Shown piece after piece: positions 10,595-20,890 of a DNA stretch of 64,000 bases; within the stretch, counting starts at the first letter, position 1, and every line of letters begins with the position of its first letter. Under the pieces are notes generated by a model that did no database searches, was not told where the DNA came from, and worked only from the letters and a program-made list of their open reading frames with translations. Source of the DNA: a virus; the IMG/VR virus record IMGVR_UViG_3300045988_140928, positions 1-64,000 of that record; one strand, given 5' to 3'. The position numbers and the translations under genes are program-made.

Positions 10595-11137
10595 TTACTT
10601 AGTGTAACCATAATGATTAACAATATAATTAAGCTTATTTTCAATAAATCCTAAGTCAACTTCTAATTGTCTTAACTTAGGGATAAAATCTACATACTCT
10701 GTGTAATCTCCACACCAGTCGGCCATTACTCTTAAATTATAACGAATACGAAGAATATCTTTTTTGCTAATATATTGAATTAAATCTGGTGCATTATCTA
10801 AGTGCCAAGTTAAAGACCTAATTTCAAGATAGACAGCATTTAATAATTTATAAGCTCCCGGCTTATAAGAAAACATCTTTGTATGAGCAAGCTTATTAGT
10901 AAAAGACCTGTCTGCTGGTGTTTTACCAAAGAAAATTGGTAAATAGGATAATGTATAATACTGAAACATTTTAGTTAATTCTGATACCTGTAATTGAGGT
11001 TGATTAGCTAAGCCATTAAAAGTCTTTAATTGTAATTCAGGAATGATTAACCTATTGTCAGACGTAATATCCGGTAAGGAATACAGAAAATATTCGTCTA
11101 ACGTAATAGGATCAAAATAATTATTCTTATCTGCCAT
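10595..11137 (-). CDS. hypothetical baseplate-module protein
   Basis: 180-aa ORF. Its start overlaps the upstream stop at 11137. Confidence 0.55.
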   Translation of the reverse strand: MADKNNYFDPITLDEYFLYSLPDITSDNRLIIPELQLKTFNGLANQPQLQVSELTKMFQYYTLSYLPIFFGKTPADRSFTNKLAHTKMFSYKPGAYKLLNAVYLEIRSLTWHLDNAPDLIQYISKKDILRIRYNLRVMADWCGDYTEYVDFIPKLRQLEVDLGFIENKLNYIVNHYGYTK

Positions 11138-11721
11138 TATCTTATATCCCTTCTTAAATCAGCGATTGCAGAGCTAGTAGCATTACTCATATTACCGTCT
11201 GTCATCCCACCTTCACCCGGTCTACCAATTAAAGTACTAGTACGATCACTGGCGGAGGCTTGATCTGTATTACCAATAACAATCATATTAATTGTATATT
11301 TAACAAGAATCGCCTGTGAAACATCTTGACTAAATTGATAACCAGAGGGTGAAATTGCTACTTTATAAGAATAGTTATCAGTATAATTGTCAAAAACTAA
11401 AACAGGGTGATTATCCTCTGTTCCAGTGGGGTAATTATTTAAATATGTATCTAAAAAAGATTTTAATTGCCATGCTTGATCTATACCTAAACCATGTTGC
11501 CAACCAGTAGTACCAGAAATAGTAATTGACTTTTGACCCATACCGAAATTTTGAACTGTCCCCCAATCCTTAGTATTCATATAAGCAGTACGGGCTTGAG
11601 TTTGTTCTTGAATTGATTGTGGATTGATTGAAAAGTCAAACCTATTTTGTTGCGAACCATCACTATTTAGTACCCTAAAAGCACACCGATCTAGGTAATA
11701 ACGACCATCAGCCATTGCCAT
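11137..11721 (-). CDS. baseplate-module protein (tube-initiator/XkdQ-like pattern)
   Basis: 194 aa with pattern FSINPQSIQEQ...GQKSITISGTTG, upstream of the LysM/gp25 gene. Confidence 0.5.
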   Translation of the reverse strand: MAMADGRYYLDRCAFRVLNSDGSQQNRFDFSINPQSIQEQTQARTAYMNTKDWGTVQNFGMGQKSITISGTTGWQHGLGIDQAWQLKSFLDTYLNNYPTGTEDNHPVLVFDNYTDNYSYKVAISPSGYQFSQDVSQAILVKYTINMIVIGNTDQASASDRTSTLIGRPGEGGMTDGNMSNATSSAIADLRRDIR

Positions 11722-11756
11722 TATATCACCTACTTAATATTTACTGCTTTTAATAT

Positions 11757-11782
11757 AAAAAGGACAGGTGTTTAACCTGCCC
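11757..11782 (-). terminator. rho-independent terminator
   Basis: GGGCAGGT/ACCTGTCC stem (one G.U) followed by UUUUU. Confidence 0.6.
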
Positions 11783-11788
11783 TTACTA

Positions 11789-12268
11789 TTATAAGTTCTT
11801 AATTCGTTCCGTTAATGCTTCTAAGTAAGTTTTCATTCCTGCAAGTTGCTTGTGCAATAACTGAATTTGTTTGAACTTAAGGTCTTTTAACTTTTCTTTA
11901 TCAGTTAAAAACGCTTCTAGCTTCTTAACCTTAGCGTCTAGCTGTTCTTGTTCAGCTTCTAGCTTATCTTTTAACACTTGCTTTTCTCTCCATTCAATCA
12001 GTCCCATTGTTGGGTTATCTTCTAAATCCCTAGAATCTAAATTAATAAGATTTTCCTCAGAACTTTTTCGCTTAAGAATATTTTTATTATAAGTCCTAAA
12101 ATATTCTTCCGGTGTCATAGAACCATGCCCCGGAACATAGATATAAGTATGAGAACCAAAGTTATTAAAATCTTTGTAGTATGAATTTGACTCATAATTT
12201 CCTTTAGGGCCTGTTGGTCCTTTAGGGCAAGCAAACCCATGCTGTCTATCTAATCCGTCCATATACAT
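11789..12268 (-). CDS. hypothetical protein with C-terminal coiled coil
   Basis: 159-aa ORF. Its start overlaps the upstream stop at 12268. Confidence 0.55.
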   Translation of the reverse strand: MYMDGLDRQHGFACPKGPTGPKGNYESNSYYKDFNNFGSHTYIYVPGHGSMTPEEYFRTYNKNILKRKSSEENLINLDSRDLEDNPTMGLIEWREKQVLKDKLEAEQEQLDAKVKKLEAFLTDKEKLKDLKFKQIQLLHKQLAGMKTYLEALTERIKNL

Positions 12269-12504
12269 TATTTCTTATTCTTGGGTAATTTTTCGTCTTT
12301 CTTAGTTAAACTTGCTAATTGGGCTTTTAAGTCCTTATTTTCCTGTTGCAAGTCATTAACTAGCTTTTGATAATTTTTAAGTTGGGCTTTCTTTACTTTA
12401 CTATCCCATTCCAATTCAGATACTTGTTTCTGGTAATCATCAAAAATAGTATTAGCGTCTACATTCATAGGGTTGTTTTGTTGTTCTGTTTGATTATTAT
12501 TCAT
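12268..12504 (-). CDS. small coiled-coil protein
   Basis: 78-aa ORF with RBS TAGGAGAG upstream. Confidence 0.5.
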   Translation of the reverse strand: MNNNQTEQQNNPMNVDANTIFDDYQKQVSELEWDSKVKKAQLKNYQKLVNDLQQENKDLKAQLASLTKKDEKLPKNKK

Positions 12505-12593
12505 ATTATATCTCTCCTATATCCAATTTAAGAGCAGTAGTGTTACCTCAATTGCTCTAGTGCAAGACTTACTCATTAATTAATATACTTGCC

Positions 12594-12968
12594 TTACTTA
12601 AGTTCGTCTCCATAATTATTAACAACACTAGGATCAATTCCATTTTCTTTGGATAATTCTTTTTGTTCTTTAATCGCCCTAGCTCTAAATTTTACTAAAT
12701 TTTTCTCTCGTTCTTCTTTAGTAGCAGGAGCAAGACGAACAGTACCATCATCATTAAATCCAACAATACTATCTTCTCCCCCATAAACAAGAGTTTGGGG
12801 AGTTGAACCGTCTCCTAACAACGTAGTACGCATATTCATTAAAGTATTTCCAGTCTGTTCGTCAATAACCGTTCCGTCTAAAGTAATGCTTTTTTTACTT
12901 TGCACTTGGTTATTATCGTCTAACTCTTGGTGTTCTTCAACACTTTTATTAATTAATAACTTAGACAC
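12594..12968 (-). CDS. hypothetical protein
   Basis: 124 aa. GTG start preceded by GGAGGAAG. Confidence 0.55.
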   Translation of the reverse strand: MSKLLINKSVEEHQELDDNNQVQSKKSITLDGTVIDEQTGNTLMNMRTTLLGDGSTPQTLVYGGEDSIVGFNDDGTVRLAPATKEEREKNLVKFRARAIKEQKELSKENGIDPSVVNNYGDELK

Positions 12969-12999
12969 TTAAATCTTCCTCCATCTATATGATATTTTT

Positions 13000-13008
13000 A
13001 TTATAACA
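13000..13008 (-). promoter_or_regulatory. extended -10 promoter element TGTTATAAT
   Basis: Minus-strand TGtTATAAT lies directly after the stop of the 1871-aa gene and upstream of the 12968 start. No good -35. Confidence 0.35.
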
Positions 13009-13023
13009 CAAAGCCAACAAATT

Positions 13024-16000
13024 TTAGACACCTCTATGGCCTACATCTGTATTTGTCCCTTGTGCTTCACCATTTGAGCTATCAACTCCTCTAGGTACAC
13101 CATGATTCCACCAAGAAGATAATTGGTAACACCAACCATCCATAAAAGTGATAATAAACTGGTCATACATAGCGATTCCCTTTACTCTACCGCCGGTATT
13201 ATAAATAGCAGGAACAGTTTCAGCCCAACGATACTGATCTTGATCAAAATAAACCCAACCTATCTTTAGTCCACCCCATCTGTGACCGGGATCTTGATTT
13301 CTATTTACTCTAGGTACATAAAAATTAAACACACCATTAGGATCAAACGGTACATTAAATACCTCATCACCCTGATTATTGTAAACTCTCCATATTCCAG
13401 CACCTACCTGAGCATGTATATTACCGAAATTATCCATTGACATCCCATTTTGGTTAGTATCTCCCGAGAAATAAATACATTGTCGAGTAGCTAAACCATT
13501 AGGATTACCACTACCATCAGTAGAACTATTATTATTACCAATAGAGAACCCAATACCGTCTGCATTTATAGTAGTCCAATAAGGCATTGGACTCTGTCCA
13601 TCAGTACTTACAGCAAAAGAAAGGTACCTACTATTATATTCAGAGGTAGTCTGCACTCCAATATTGTCTTCATGGATAATAATTGATCCGTTAGCCGATA
13701 TTGCAAGGTCTCGATAACTTCCACCCGCAGTAGGAACATAATAGCCTTGGTCATCAAGAATATCGCCCTCTGGAATTATTGCCATCTCGTCAATTTGAAT
13801 CTTCCATGTATGGTTGGCTAGAGGCTCTCTGGAGTCTTTTATAAATCCTTTTTGCAATACTCCTAAATAATAAGTAGTAGCTAAATCTAAATCCTTAGTC
13901 GATAATTCAGCATACAAATTATAATAGGACAATCCCCCAACACCAGTTAAAACCTTCTTAGATGTCATTTTAATTTTAATATTATTTTTTACATTATTAA
14001 AAGTTTTTCCATCAAAGTCTACATGGTAGGTATCGTTTTCATTAATTCTTCCGGTAGTTAATACAACATACAAGTCATGATAGCCTCCAGCCACTGTAGT
14101 ATTATCCGAAGTATCATAGCTACCATAGGTACAAACAATACCAAAGTTAAACTTAATTCGCCCTATCTTAGACTTATACTTTTGTACAATATCATTAATT
14201 GTTGCTATCTCAGTATATTTATATCCGTCATATAATCCATAACCATTATATTCAGACTTACTAATATCATTCATATAGACAATACTTAATTCATTAGAAT
14301 TAACAGGATACTCTACCATTCCCCCTTGATGACCATATAGATAAGGGATTGGATATTCATAACCTTTACCATACCCGAAAGATCCAGACAAAGTATTACG
14401 GTCAAATGCTTCATGAGTAATGTTCACATAGGGACCATCAACCCCTTTATTAGATCCAATCCGAGCAATGGTAGAAAAGTCTTGAGGAAAGACAGTATGT
14501 ACACTAATATTACCAGAATCTTCAATAAGGAATGACGGCGTATAGATAGACCCAGAAATTGGATAGTAAGATCCATTAGAGTACTCACGAGTAGAAGTCA
14601 TAAATTCAGATGATTGAATCCGGTTACCAATAATATTATTACCCTCGATTAAATTACCTTTAATAATATTACCGTCTGTAATACTAGCCCCCTTTATCAG
14701 GGCTTGATTAGATACGTCATCCTTACGATTACCAGTAATTTTAATTGAGTTTGCAGTAACATTACCAAAACCATCTACGCTAAAAGCACCACCACTAGCA
14801 GAGATTTTAGAGCCATCATTACCGTTTAGAACAATATTACTACCAGTAATAGATCCACTAAAGAATCCCTTATTAGTAGTAAAGGTACCATCGTCTTTAA
14901 TCATGGTAGTAGTCTCACCTTTACTATTAACAATCTTCAGGCCACCGTCTCTAACAGTAATACCATTAGGGCCTACTACTACACTACCATTATAGGATTC
15001 AATTAAACCAGTAACTTTTAGTGAACCTTGTAAATTAAGATTATTACCAGTAAAGTTTACCCCCGAAATATTACCAGCAACAAGATTACCCTTCATAGTT
15101 AAATTACCATTCGGATCAACTTTAAATACATTGTCACTCTTATTATTAATAACAAACCCTGCATCTTTGTTAAGAGTAAAGTTCATATTATTAGCAACAG
15201 CAGTAAAACCATGTTCAGGGGTAATAATCATACCTGCATAATCAGTGCCTTTCATTACAGCACCTTCAAGTTTCCTATCTGTAGCTTTAATTAAAGAACG
15301 ATAACTAGTATCACTAGCAACGTAAGGGGTAGCAACACTACCTTTTTCAATCTTAACTTTACAAAACTTAATCGTACCAGCAGTAATATGGTCAAATCTA
15401 ATTTGTAAAATATAAGTACCTAGAGCTGTAGGGAATGGATCTAAGGTAGCAGTTCCTTTAAGGGTAACCTCATAATTACTATTCTGAGTAATACTATTAA
15501 TATTACATTGAGGATAAACAGCATGATTCCAATCATTATTAGAAAGAACAGACTGAAGAATCATAGTAGGATTATTACCCTTAATACCACTGAAACTTAA
15601 ATGGACTGAATAAGTAATAGTATCACCCTTACTAAAGGTATCACTATCTAATACATAACGAGAAAGCTCAATACACTTATTAGAGTCACCAATATAGGCA
15701 TTAGAAGCTGGAACAGTCCAATCACTATCAGAAGTTAAGGCGAGGTTTACACCTCCACCAGTACCTAGAATCTGAGACTCTAGCCCCTCTTTACTAATCT
15801 TTAATTGTGTATCTACATACTTAGTAGCACTAGCTAAAGCACCATTAGCTTTACCATCAGCATAAGTTTGTGCATTGGCTAAGGCGCTATTGGCTTTACC
15901 ATCAGCATATTGTTGCGCATTAGCTAAGGCGCTATTGGCTTTACTCTCTGCGTAAGTTTGTGCATCAGTCAAGGCATCATTTGCCTTAGTGTCTGCATAC

Positions 16001-18639
16001 CCTTTAGCAGTATTAAGATTATCATTTAAAGCTTTATCAGTAGCCGTCTTATTATCAGTAACAACCTTATTTACAGCCTCTATTTTACCATTGTAATCTG
16101 CCTGAACATTCTCGTTATCAGCTTTTAACTTATTATCTAATTCAACAAGAGTCCCATTAGTTCTCCTTAAGTCATTTTGTAAGCTTTCAATATCACGAGA
16201 AGCTACTACTTGATCACTAGATAGCATTTTAACCCATTGCTTATTCTCCCACTTATATGGAGTATAAGTATAGCTACCATCTGCACTACGTTCTAGCTTA
16301 TACCAAGTACTACCAGACGCAATTGTTCCAGTAGGAGCAGAAGCTTGATAATAGGAACGAGGTAAGTTTTGTAATGACTCTTGTACAGCTTTAATATCCT
16401 GCATACCGGGACTGATCCAAGAACCACCATCATAAACCCTAATTTGATAAGTTCCGTCTGCATTCTTTTGGAACCAAATGTCATTAATCTGTGGGTTAGC
16501 GGGTTGTTCATAACCTTGGTAAACGGAATTCTTGCTATCTGCTGTTTGACCAATTTTCCGGTTTAATTGGCTATTAGCCAAGTTTTGGAATTTGTCGATC
16601 GCATTATTACAATCTACTGTAAGCTTTTCTACAATATTATGATCAAATGTAGTAGTAGCAGTCATATCTTGAAATAATGGAGCTAATCCATTTACTAATG
16701 AGTTATACTTCGTTTGCAAGTCTTTTGCGACTGGATCATTGCTTAACCCTACTTGTTTAGCATAGTCTAAACTAGCTTCTGCACTAGACTTAATTGCCCG
16801 TACAATGTTAATTAAAACAGCTTTCTTGCTGGGAGTATAAGCGTCTGGATTATCTGCGTCCAACCCCTCAATATTAACCCCTGAATTTTTGCCATTACCT
16901 TTAACAATAATCTTACCGTCTGCAATCGTACCTAGCTTATCTGTAATATCTCCTAATTCACCAATAATTAATTTATCAGCAGTAAGAGTCTTAGCAGAAA
17001 TACTATCACCCTCAAGATTACGAACTCTAATCTTATGAGCGTCTAATAACTCCCCCTCCATGTGGTTAAAGGAAAGGTGATCAACTTTTTCGTCAGAAAC
17101 TGCAAGGTCTTCAATTTGAGCAGTCCCAACAGCCATATAAGCTAATTTACCCCGGGTAACAGCCAAGTCTTCAATCTGTGAGCTACCAACCGCTTCGTAT
17201 GCAATTTTAGCGTTATCAATAGCCCCGTCTTCAATCATTGCAGATTTAATAATACCATTAGCAATGTAAGTTTCAGTATTAATTGCTAAATACTTACCCG
17301 GAATATAATGATCTCCTTGTGGAAAAGCAGAAGCATAATAAATAATATGGCGTTTAATATCTTCACCAATCTTTTTAGCATCTTCTCCAGCTTTTTCTGC
17401 ACTAAGACCAGCTTGCTTGGCATCTTCACCGGCTTGCTTAGCTTTATCGCCTGCGTCTTTAGCGTCTTTACCTGCTTGGATAACTCGCTTATCAAAATCC
17501 TCCCACTCTTTAGTAGTAGTTAGGTCTTTAGAAATAGCGTCTGCTACTTCTTTACTGTGCTCCCTTACAGAGTCAGTAATACTTGCATTTAGTGGCTTAT
17601 CATTTAAATAAACACCATCTGATTTAACAGTAAGACTAGTATTACCACCAGAAAAGCCTTGATCTACAGCCTGCATAAGAATGGATTGATCTTTACCGAT
17701 ATTAAGTTCTACATACTTTTTAGCTACATCAAAGTCAGGATTGTAGACATCTTGTCCCTTATCACCAGACTTAATAGAGGATAAGTCATTATAGTGCTTA
17801 AGAGTAAACCCATCTTTACGAGAACCCTCTAATACAGAAACGTCACCCTCTGAATTGGAACCCATAAGAACAATTTGAATATCACCTTTAGGACTAACAT
17901 AAAAACGAGTACGATGATCGTCACCATCGCCGTCTGGATTATCCTCATGAACCAATAACCAGCTACCAGCTTCTTCTTTTAATGGATTAGTTGTTTCTCC
18001 GTCATGATTAAAGAAACCAACAGATTCATAATCAGTCCAGAGCTGATCATACTGATTAGCTGTTTCATCGTCTAAAATTAAAAACGAATGACCATTTAAT
18101 GCTTCTGCAATCGTACCAGAACCAGAACGGTAGCTAGTTTGCATTGACGGATAAACCTTTTGCTCAGCTAATCCAGTTTCAGCAATTCCAGAATCATTAT
18201 CATCACCAGTCTCGAACATAGAAGGTGAAATCATTTCATAGTCTGGGGCCGAGTCGGGGTAGACACCAATTACAATTGGGTTAGAACGATGTCCATTAAT
18301 ATAAGCAATTGCAATAAGGTCTCCAACCTTAACCGGACGGTAATGACCAAAAACTTGACCATCTGGTTTACGCCCAAAGAAGTCAACAGGGATAGGGGCG
18401 GAACCCGAACCATCTCCACCCTGCTCTTGTACAATAGAAACAGTATTAGTTAATTTAAAATCTAATTTACCTTGTTTATAATAAACTTTTGTTACCTTAG
18501 CTAAAGTAATAAATGAATTATCATTTGTTCCGTTTAAATTCCGAAAGCTAACATCTCCACCTAAAGAAGACTGCTTTCTAAACGGTTGATTTTGTGAGGG
18601 TATATTGATCTTTTGACCCACAAAAAATCCCCCTTTCAT
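13024..18639 (-). CDS. giant baseplate spike / tail-fibre fusion protein
   Basis: 1871 aa. N-terminal gpV/gp5-type OB pattern VGDLIAIAYINGHRSNPIVIGVYPD. Also coiled coils, 15-aa fibre repeats, and a jelly-roll ending KVKIEKGSVATPY typical of RBP/CBM modules. Confidence 0.8.
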   Translation of the reverse strand: MKGGFFVGQKINIPSQNQPFRKQSSLGGDVSFRNLNGTNDNSFITLAKVTKVYYKQGKLDFKLTNTVSIVQEQGGDGSGSAPIPVDFFGRKPDGQVFGHYRPVKVGDLIAIAYINGHRSNPIVIGVYPDSAPDYEMISPSMFETGDDNDSGIAETGLAEQKVYPSMQTSYRSGSGTIAEALNGHSFLILDDETANQYDQLWTDYESVGFFNHDGETTNPLKEEAGSWLLVHEDNPDGDGDDHRTRFYVSPKGDIQIVLMGSNSEGDVSVLEGSRKDGFTLKHYNDLSSIKSGDKGQDVYNPDFDVAKKYVELNIGKDQSILMQAVDQGFSGGNTSLTVKSDGVYLNDKPLNASITDSVREHSKEVADAISKDLTTTKEWEDFDKRVIQAGKDAKDAGDKAKQAGEDAKQAGLSAEKAGEDAKKIGEDIKRHIIYYASAFPQGDHYIPGKYLAINTETYIANGIIKSAMIEDGAIDNAKIAYEAVGSSQIEDLAVTRGKLAYMAVGTAQIEDLAVSDEKVDHLSFNHMEGELLDAHKIRVRNLEGDSISAKTLTADKLIIGELGDITDKLGTIADGKIIVKGNGKNSGVNIEGLDADNPDAYTPSKKAVLINIVRAIKSSAEASLDYAKQVGLSNDPVAKDLQTKYNSLVNGLAPLFQDMTATTTFDHNIVEKLTVDCNNAIDKFQNLANSQLNRKIGQTADSKNSVYQGYEQPANPQINDIWFQKNADGTYQIRVYDGGSWISPGMQDIKAVQESLQNLPRSYYQASAPTGTIASGSTWYKLERSADGSYTYTPYKWENKQWVKMLSSDQVVASRDIESLQNDLRRTNGTLVELDNKLKADNENVQADYNGKIEAVNKVVTDNKTATDKALNDNLNTAKGYADTKANDALTDAQTYAESKANSALANAQQYADGKANSALANAQTYADGKANGALASATKYVDTQLKISKEGLESQILGTGGGVNLALTSDSDWTVPASNAYIGDSNKCIELSRYVLDSDTFSKGDTITYSVHLSFSGIKGNNPTMILQSVLSNNDWNHAVYPQCNINSITQNSNYEVTLKGTATLDPFPTALGTYILQIRFDHITAGTIKFCKVKIEKGSVATPYVASDTSYRSLIKATDRKLEGAVMKGTDYAGMIITPEHGFTAVANNMNFTLNKDAGFVINNKSDNVFKVDPNGNLTMKGNLVAGNISGVNFTGNNLNLQGSLKVTGLIESYNGSVVVGPNGITVRDGGLKIVNSKGETTTMIKDDGTFTTNKGFFSGSITGSNIVLNGNDGSKISASGGAFSVDGFGNVTANSIKITGNRKDDVSNQALIKGASITDGNIIKGNLIEGNNIIGNRIQSSEFMTSTREYSNGSYYPISGSIYTPSFLIEDSGNISVHTVFPQDFSTIARIGSNKGVDGPYVNITHEAFDRNTLSGSFGYGKGYEYPIPYLYGHQGGMVEYPVNSNELSIVYMNDISKSEYNGYGLYDGYKYTEIATINDIVQKYKSKIGRIKFNFGIVCTYGSYDTSDNTTVAGGYHDLYVVLTTGRINENDTYHVDFDGKTFNNVKNNIKIKMTSKKVLTGVGGLSYYNLYAELSTKDLDLATTYYLGVLQKGFIKDSREPLANHTWKIQIDEMAIIPEGDILDDQGYYVPTAGGSYRDLAISANGSIIIHEDNIGVQTTSEYNSRYLSFAVSTDGQSPMPYWTTINADGIGFSIGNNNSSTDGSGNPNGLATRQCIYFSGDTNQNGMSMDNFGNIHAQVGAGIWRVYNNQGDEVFNVPFDPNGVFNFYVPRVNRNQDPGHRWGGLKIGWVYFDQDQYRWAETVPAIYNTGGRVKGIAMYDQFIITFMDGWCYQLSSWWNHGVPRGVDSSNGEAQGTNTDVGHRGV
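15820..15999 (-). repeat. four tandem 45-bp (15-aa) repeats inside the spike/fibre gene
   Basis: The translation reads YA(D/E)xKANxALxxAxx four times (YADTKANDALTDAQT / YAESKANSALANAQQ / YADGKANSALANAQT / YADGKANGALASATK). Confidence 0.85.
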
Positions 18640-18706
18640 TATCCTACATTATATAGCAAACTTACTTTTATTCTATCTTTAATGTAGTTCTGAAAGAGGA
18701 AATATT

Positions 18707-19687
18707 CTATTTAAGTTTTACATAGTCGTCATCATAATTTTTAACAGACCAGTGGATATTAACCTTCTTATTAAAAAGCCCTGTAAAGATACCACGGTAG
18801 TAATCTTCTGTAGACTTACGAAGATCAATAGTATTGCTCCATATCTCTGCATGATCAATATCCCGCTTAAATTGATTAAGCTTTCGATCGTAATAGAAGT
18901 ATTTAGATTTAAACATCTCATTTAAAATATATCTACGATTAGTAAGCAGTTGTTTAATCTTCTTACGTTCACCCCGCTTAGTATAAGTCTTAATATCATT
19001 TAAACCATGCAATAAACCATAAAAATCATTAAAATCATAATAATCATAATAATCTAAATCTTCACACATACCACGAAATAGATCTATACATTGAATTAAG
19101 TAATCTCTATTTAAAGATAAGTTATTATAGGTATTATCTAGCCAAAATTCGTCTATAGTATTATAAACTGATTGAGCAATTATACCCTTTAAGTCCCACT
19201 TATAGCGACCCGTATTAGCCATAGGATTAAAATATTTTAGTACTAGACCAAGATTAATTTCGTCTACTCTCGACAACTGATCTAAAGAATTAACATCCGT
19301 ATAATACTTTAATTTCACGTTATGGTTAGGAGTTAAAGACTCAATTACAATATCATTAGGATAAGGAGAGGGAATATGAAATCCTAATCTCCAACTATAG
19401 TCATCTACTCCTACATTCTTAATTCCGATACTTTCTAACCTTTTCTTAAATTCAGCTCCCAAAGCCTCTCTCATTGCCTTTTCATTATCATTAAACAAAC
19501 CATCGTCTAAAACTAAGGAGTCATGGCTAGGATCATATAAGGATAAGTCCTTAGTAAGATTACCTACATACAAGAAATTAAATAGATCGAAAATATTATC
19601 AAACTTATTTAATAATTTCTTCTTTTTAGCTAACTCTTCTTCTACTTTATCTACATTGTCTAAATAGTTTTTAATTACTTTTTCCAT
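18707..19687 (-). CDS. hypothetical protein (Tyr/Asn/Asp-rich)
   Basis: 326-aa ORF starting 3 nt after the stop of the Zn-ribbon ORF. Confidence 0.55.
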   Translation of the reverse strand: MEKVIKNYLDNVDKVEEELAKKKKLLNKFDNIFDLFNFLYVGNLTKDLSLYDPSHDSLVLDDGLFNDNEKAMREALGAEFKKRLESIGIKNVGVDDYSWRLGFHIPSPYPNDIVIESLTPNHNVKLKYYTDVNSLDQLSRVDEINLGLVLKYFNPMANTGRYKWDLKGIIAQSVYNTIDEFWLDNTYNNLSLNRDYLIQCIDLFRGMCEDLDYYDYYDFNDFYGLLHGLNDIKTYTKRGERKKIKQLLTNRRYILNEMFKSKYFYYDRKLNQFKRDIDHAEIWSNTIDLRKSTEDYYRGIFTGLFNKKVNIHWSVKNYDDDYVKLK

Positions 19688-19689
19688 AT

Positions 19690-20310
19690 TTACTTAACCT
19701 TTCTAGTGGCGTTAATTGCACATACCGGACACTTATGTTTACTAGTCATAAAACTAGCTGGAGTAGCCATCCATACGGTTCCACACTTCTTATGTTTAAA
19801 TGTAACACGTTGATGATAACCTTTGTATTCAGATAAGACTTCAAATTCTTCTCCGTGAGGTAAATCTCTAACCCGTTTCTTAAATTCCTCAGTAGTTAAT
19901 GTTTGCTTCTTAGAGCGGATTTTAATAGCACATACAGGACAACGAGCAGTCCCTACTCCAAAGACGCTAGGAAGAGTCTTAAAGACAGTTCCGCACTTCT
20001 TATGCTTATAACGAATTGGTGTACGATTCTTTGTGTAGTCGTCTAACACTTCATATTCATTATTAGTCAGTTCCTTTACGTATTGTCGATACTCTGCTGG
20101 CGTATAACGTGGACGACCACTGCAATAGGGACAATGAGGTCTTTGATAAAAACTCAGAGGATAAACATATAACACATGACCACATTTATTATGTTTGATA
20201 TGAATTTTAACTATTCCTTTTTGATAAGGATCTAATACCGTATACTCATCACCTACAAGATTATGTAATTCTTGTCGATATTCTTTATCAGTTTTTCTTC
20301 TCATGTTCAA
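19690..20310 (-). CDS. triple Zn-ribbon protein, a nuclease-less member of the HE-like family
   Basis: Three tandem modules of pattern EY..VL..Y....t....HK.CG..f...P..F......CP.C. No FDF...EYDG..H nuclease core. Confidence 0.65.
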   Translation of the reverse strand: MNMRRKTDKEYRQELHNLVGDEYTVLDPYQKGIVKIHIKHNKCGHVLYVYPLSFYQRPHCPYCSGRPRYTPAEYRQYVKELTNNEYEVLDDYTKNRTPIRYKHKKCGTVFKTLPSVFGVGTARCPVCAIKIRSKKQTLTTEEFKKRVRDLPHGEEFEVLSEYKGYHQRVTFKHKKCGTVWMATPASFMTSKHKCPVCAINATRKVK

Positions 20311-20329
20311 CAGCTCCTTTACAACTATT

Positions 20330-20358
20330 ATAATACAATAGATTAGTTAGGCTGTCAA
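20330..20358 (-). promoter_or_regulatory. sigma-A-type promoter TTGACA-17-TATTAT
   Basis: -35 at 20353..20358, -10 at 20330..20335, then RBS AAAGGAG before the ATG at 20310. Confidence 0.55.
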
Positions 20359-20369
20359 TGATAAATACT

Positions 20370-20390
20370 AAAAAAGAAGAAACTTCTTTT
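20370..20390 (-). terminator. weak rho-independent terminator
   Basis: AAGAAG-UUU-CUUCUU followed by UUUU. Confidence 0.4.
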
Positions 20391-20399
20391 ATTTAATTG

Positions 20400-20888
20400 T
20401 TAATCTGTAAAGTAAAACATTGGTAACATTTTCTTAGCTTTATGATGTTTATTATACTTAATACACCCCCGTCTTAGGTCTTCCAGCTCCTCAATAGCTC
20501 CATTGTTATTATTAAATTCTCGTATAGCGTCTGAATAGGTCTCACTGTTTTCTTCACTATAGTCTAGGATAGTTTCTAATTCGTCCTGCTTACTGTACAG
20601 AAAGTCCATTAAATAAGACGTAAGCCCTAGATAATTATTAATAATATTAGTAACTTCTTTTCCCATAGGGGCGTTATTACTCTGGATAAAATTAAACAAA
20701 TCATCAAGAAATGGTGGGTAATGATAAGCTAAGCTTACTCTATCTGCGGAGTCCAGCTTTTTTGTACTCCAGGTATCTTCTCCTGTAAGACTAAAGATTT
20801 TCTCTCTGTCATTATCCAGACCTAAGTAAATTTCTGGTTGTGTTCTAAGGTCTATAAAACCTTTAGCTAAAGATAAAACTAACCCCAT
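20400..20888 (-). CDS. hypothetical protein
   Basis: 162 aa. Its start is 2 nt after the stop of the HE/Mom-like ORF, so the two are probably co-transcribed. Confidence 0.55.
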   Translation of the reverse strand: MGLVLSLAKGFIDLRTQPEIYLGLDNDREKIFSLTGEDTWSTKKLDSADRVSLAYHYPPFLDDLFNFIQSNNAPMGKEVTNIINNYLGLTSYLMDFLYSKQDELETILDYSEENSETYSDAIREFNNNNGAIEELEDLRRGCIKYNKHHKAKKMLPMFYFTD

Positions 20889-20890
20889 TA

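Noticed and set aside
16293-16553. Nested out-of-frame minus-strand ORFs inside long genes. This one is an example. Others are 3858..4154, 17286..17495, 18718..18921, 27345..27581, 29934..30164, 33306..33503, 35925..36161, 36944..37264, 42560..42793, 43445..43636, 54432..54620, 57358..57546, 58024..58233 and 61861..62121.
   Set aside because: All lie wholly within much longer ORFs with recognisable protein features. Their composition is typical of off-frame translation (Leu/Ile/Lys-rich), and none has an RBS.
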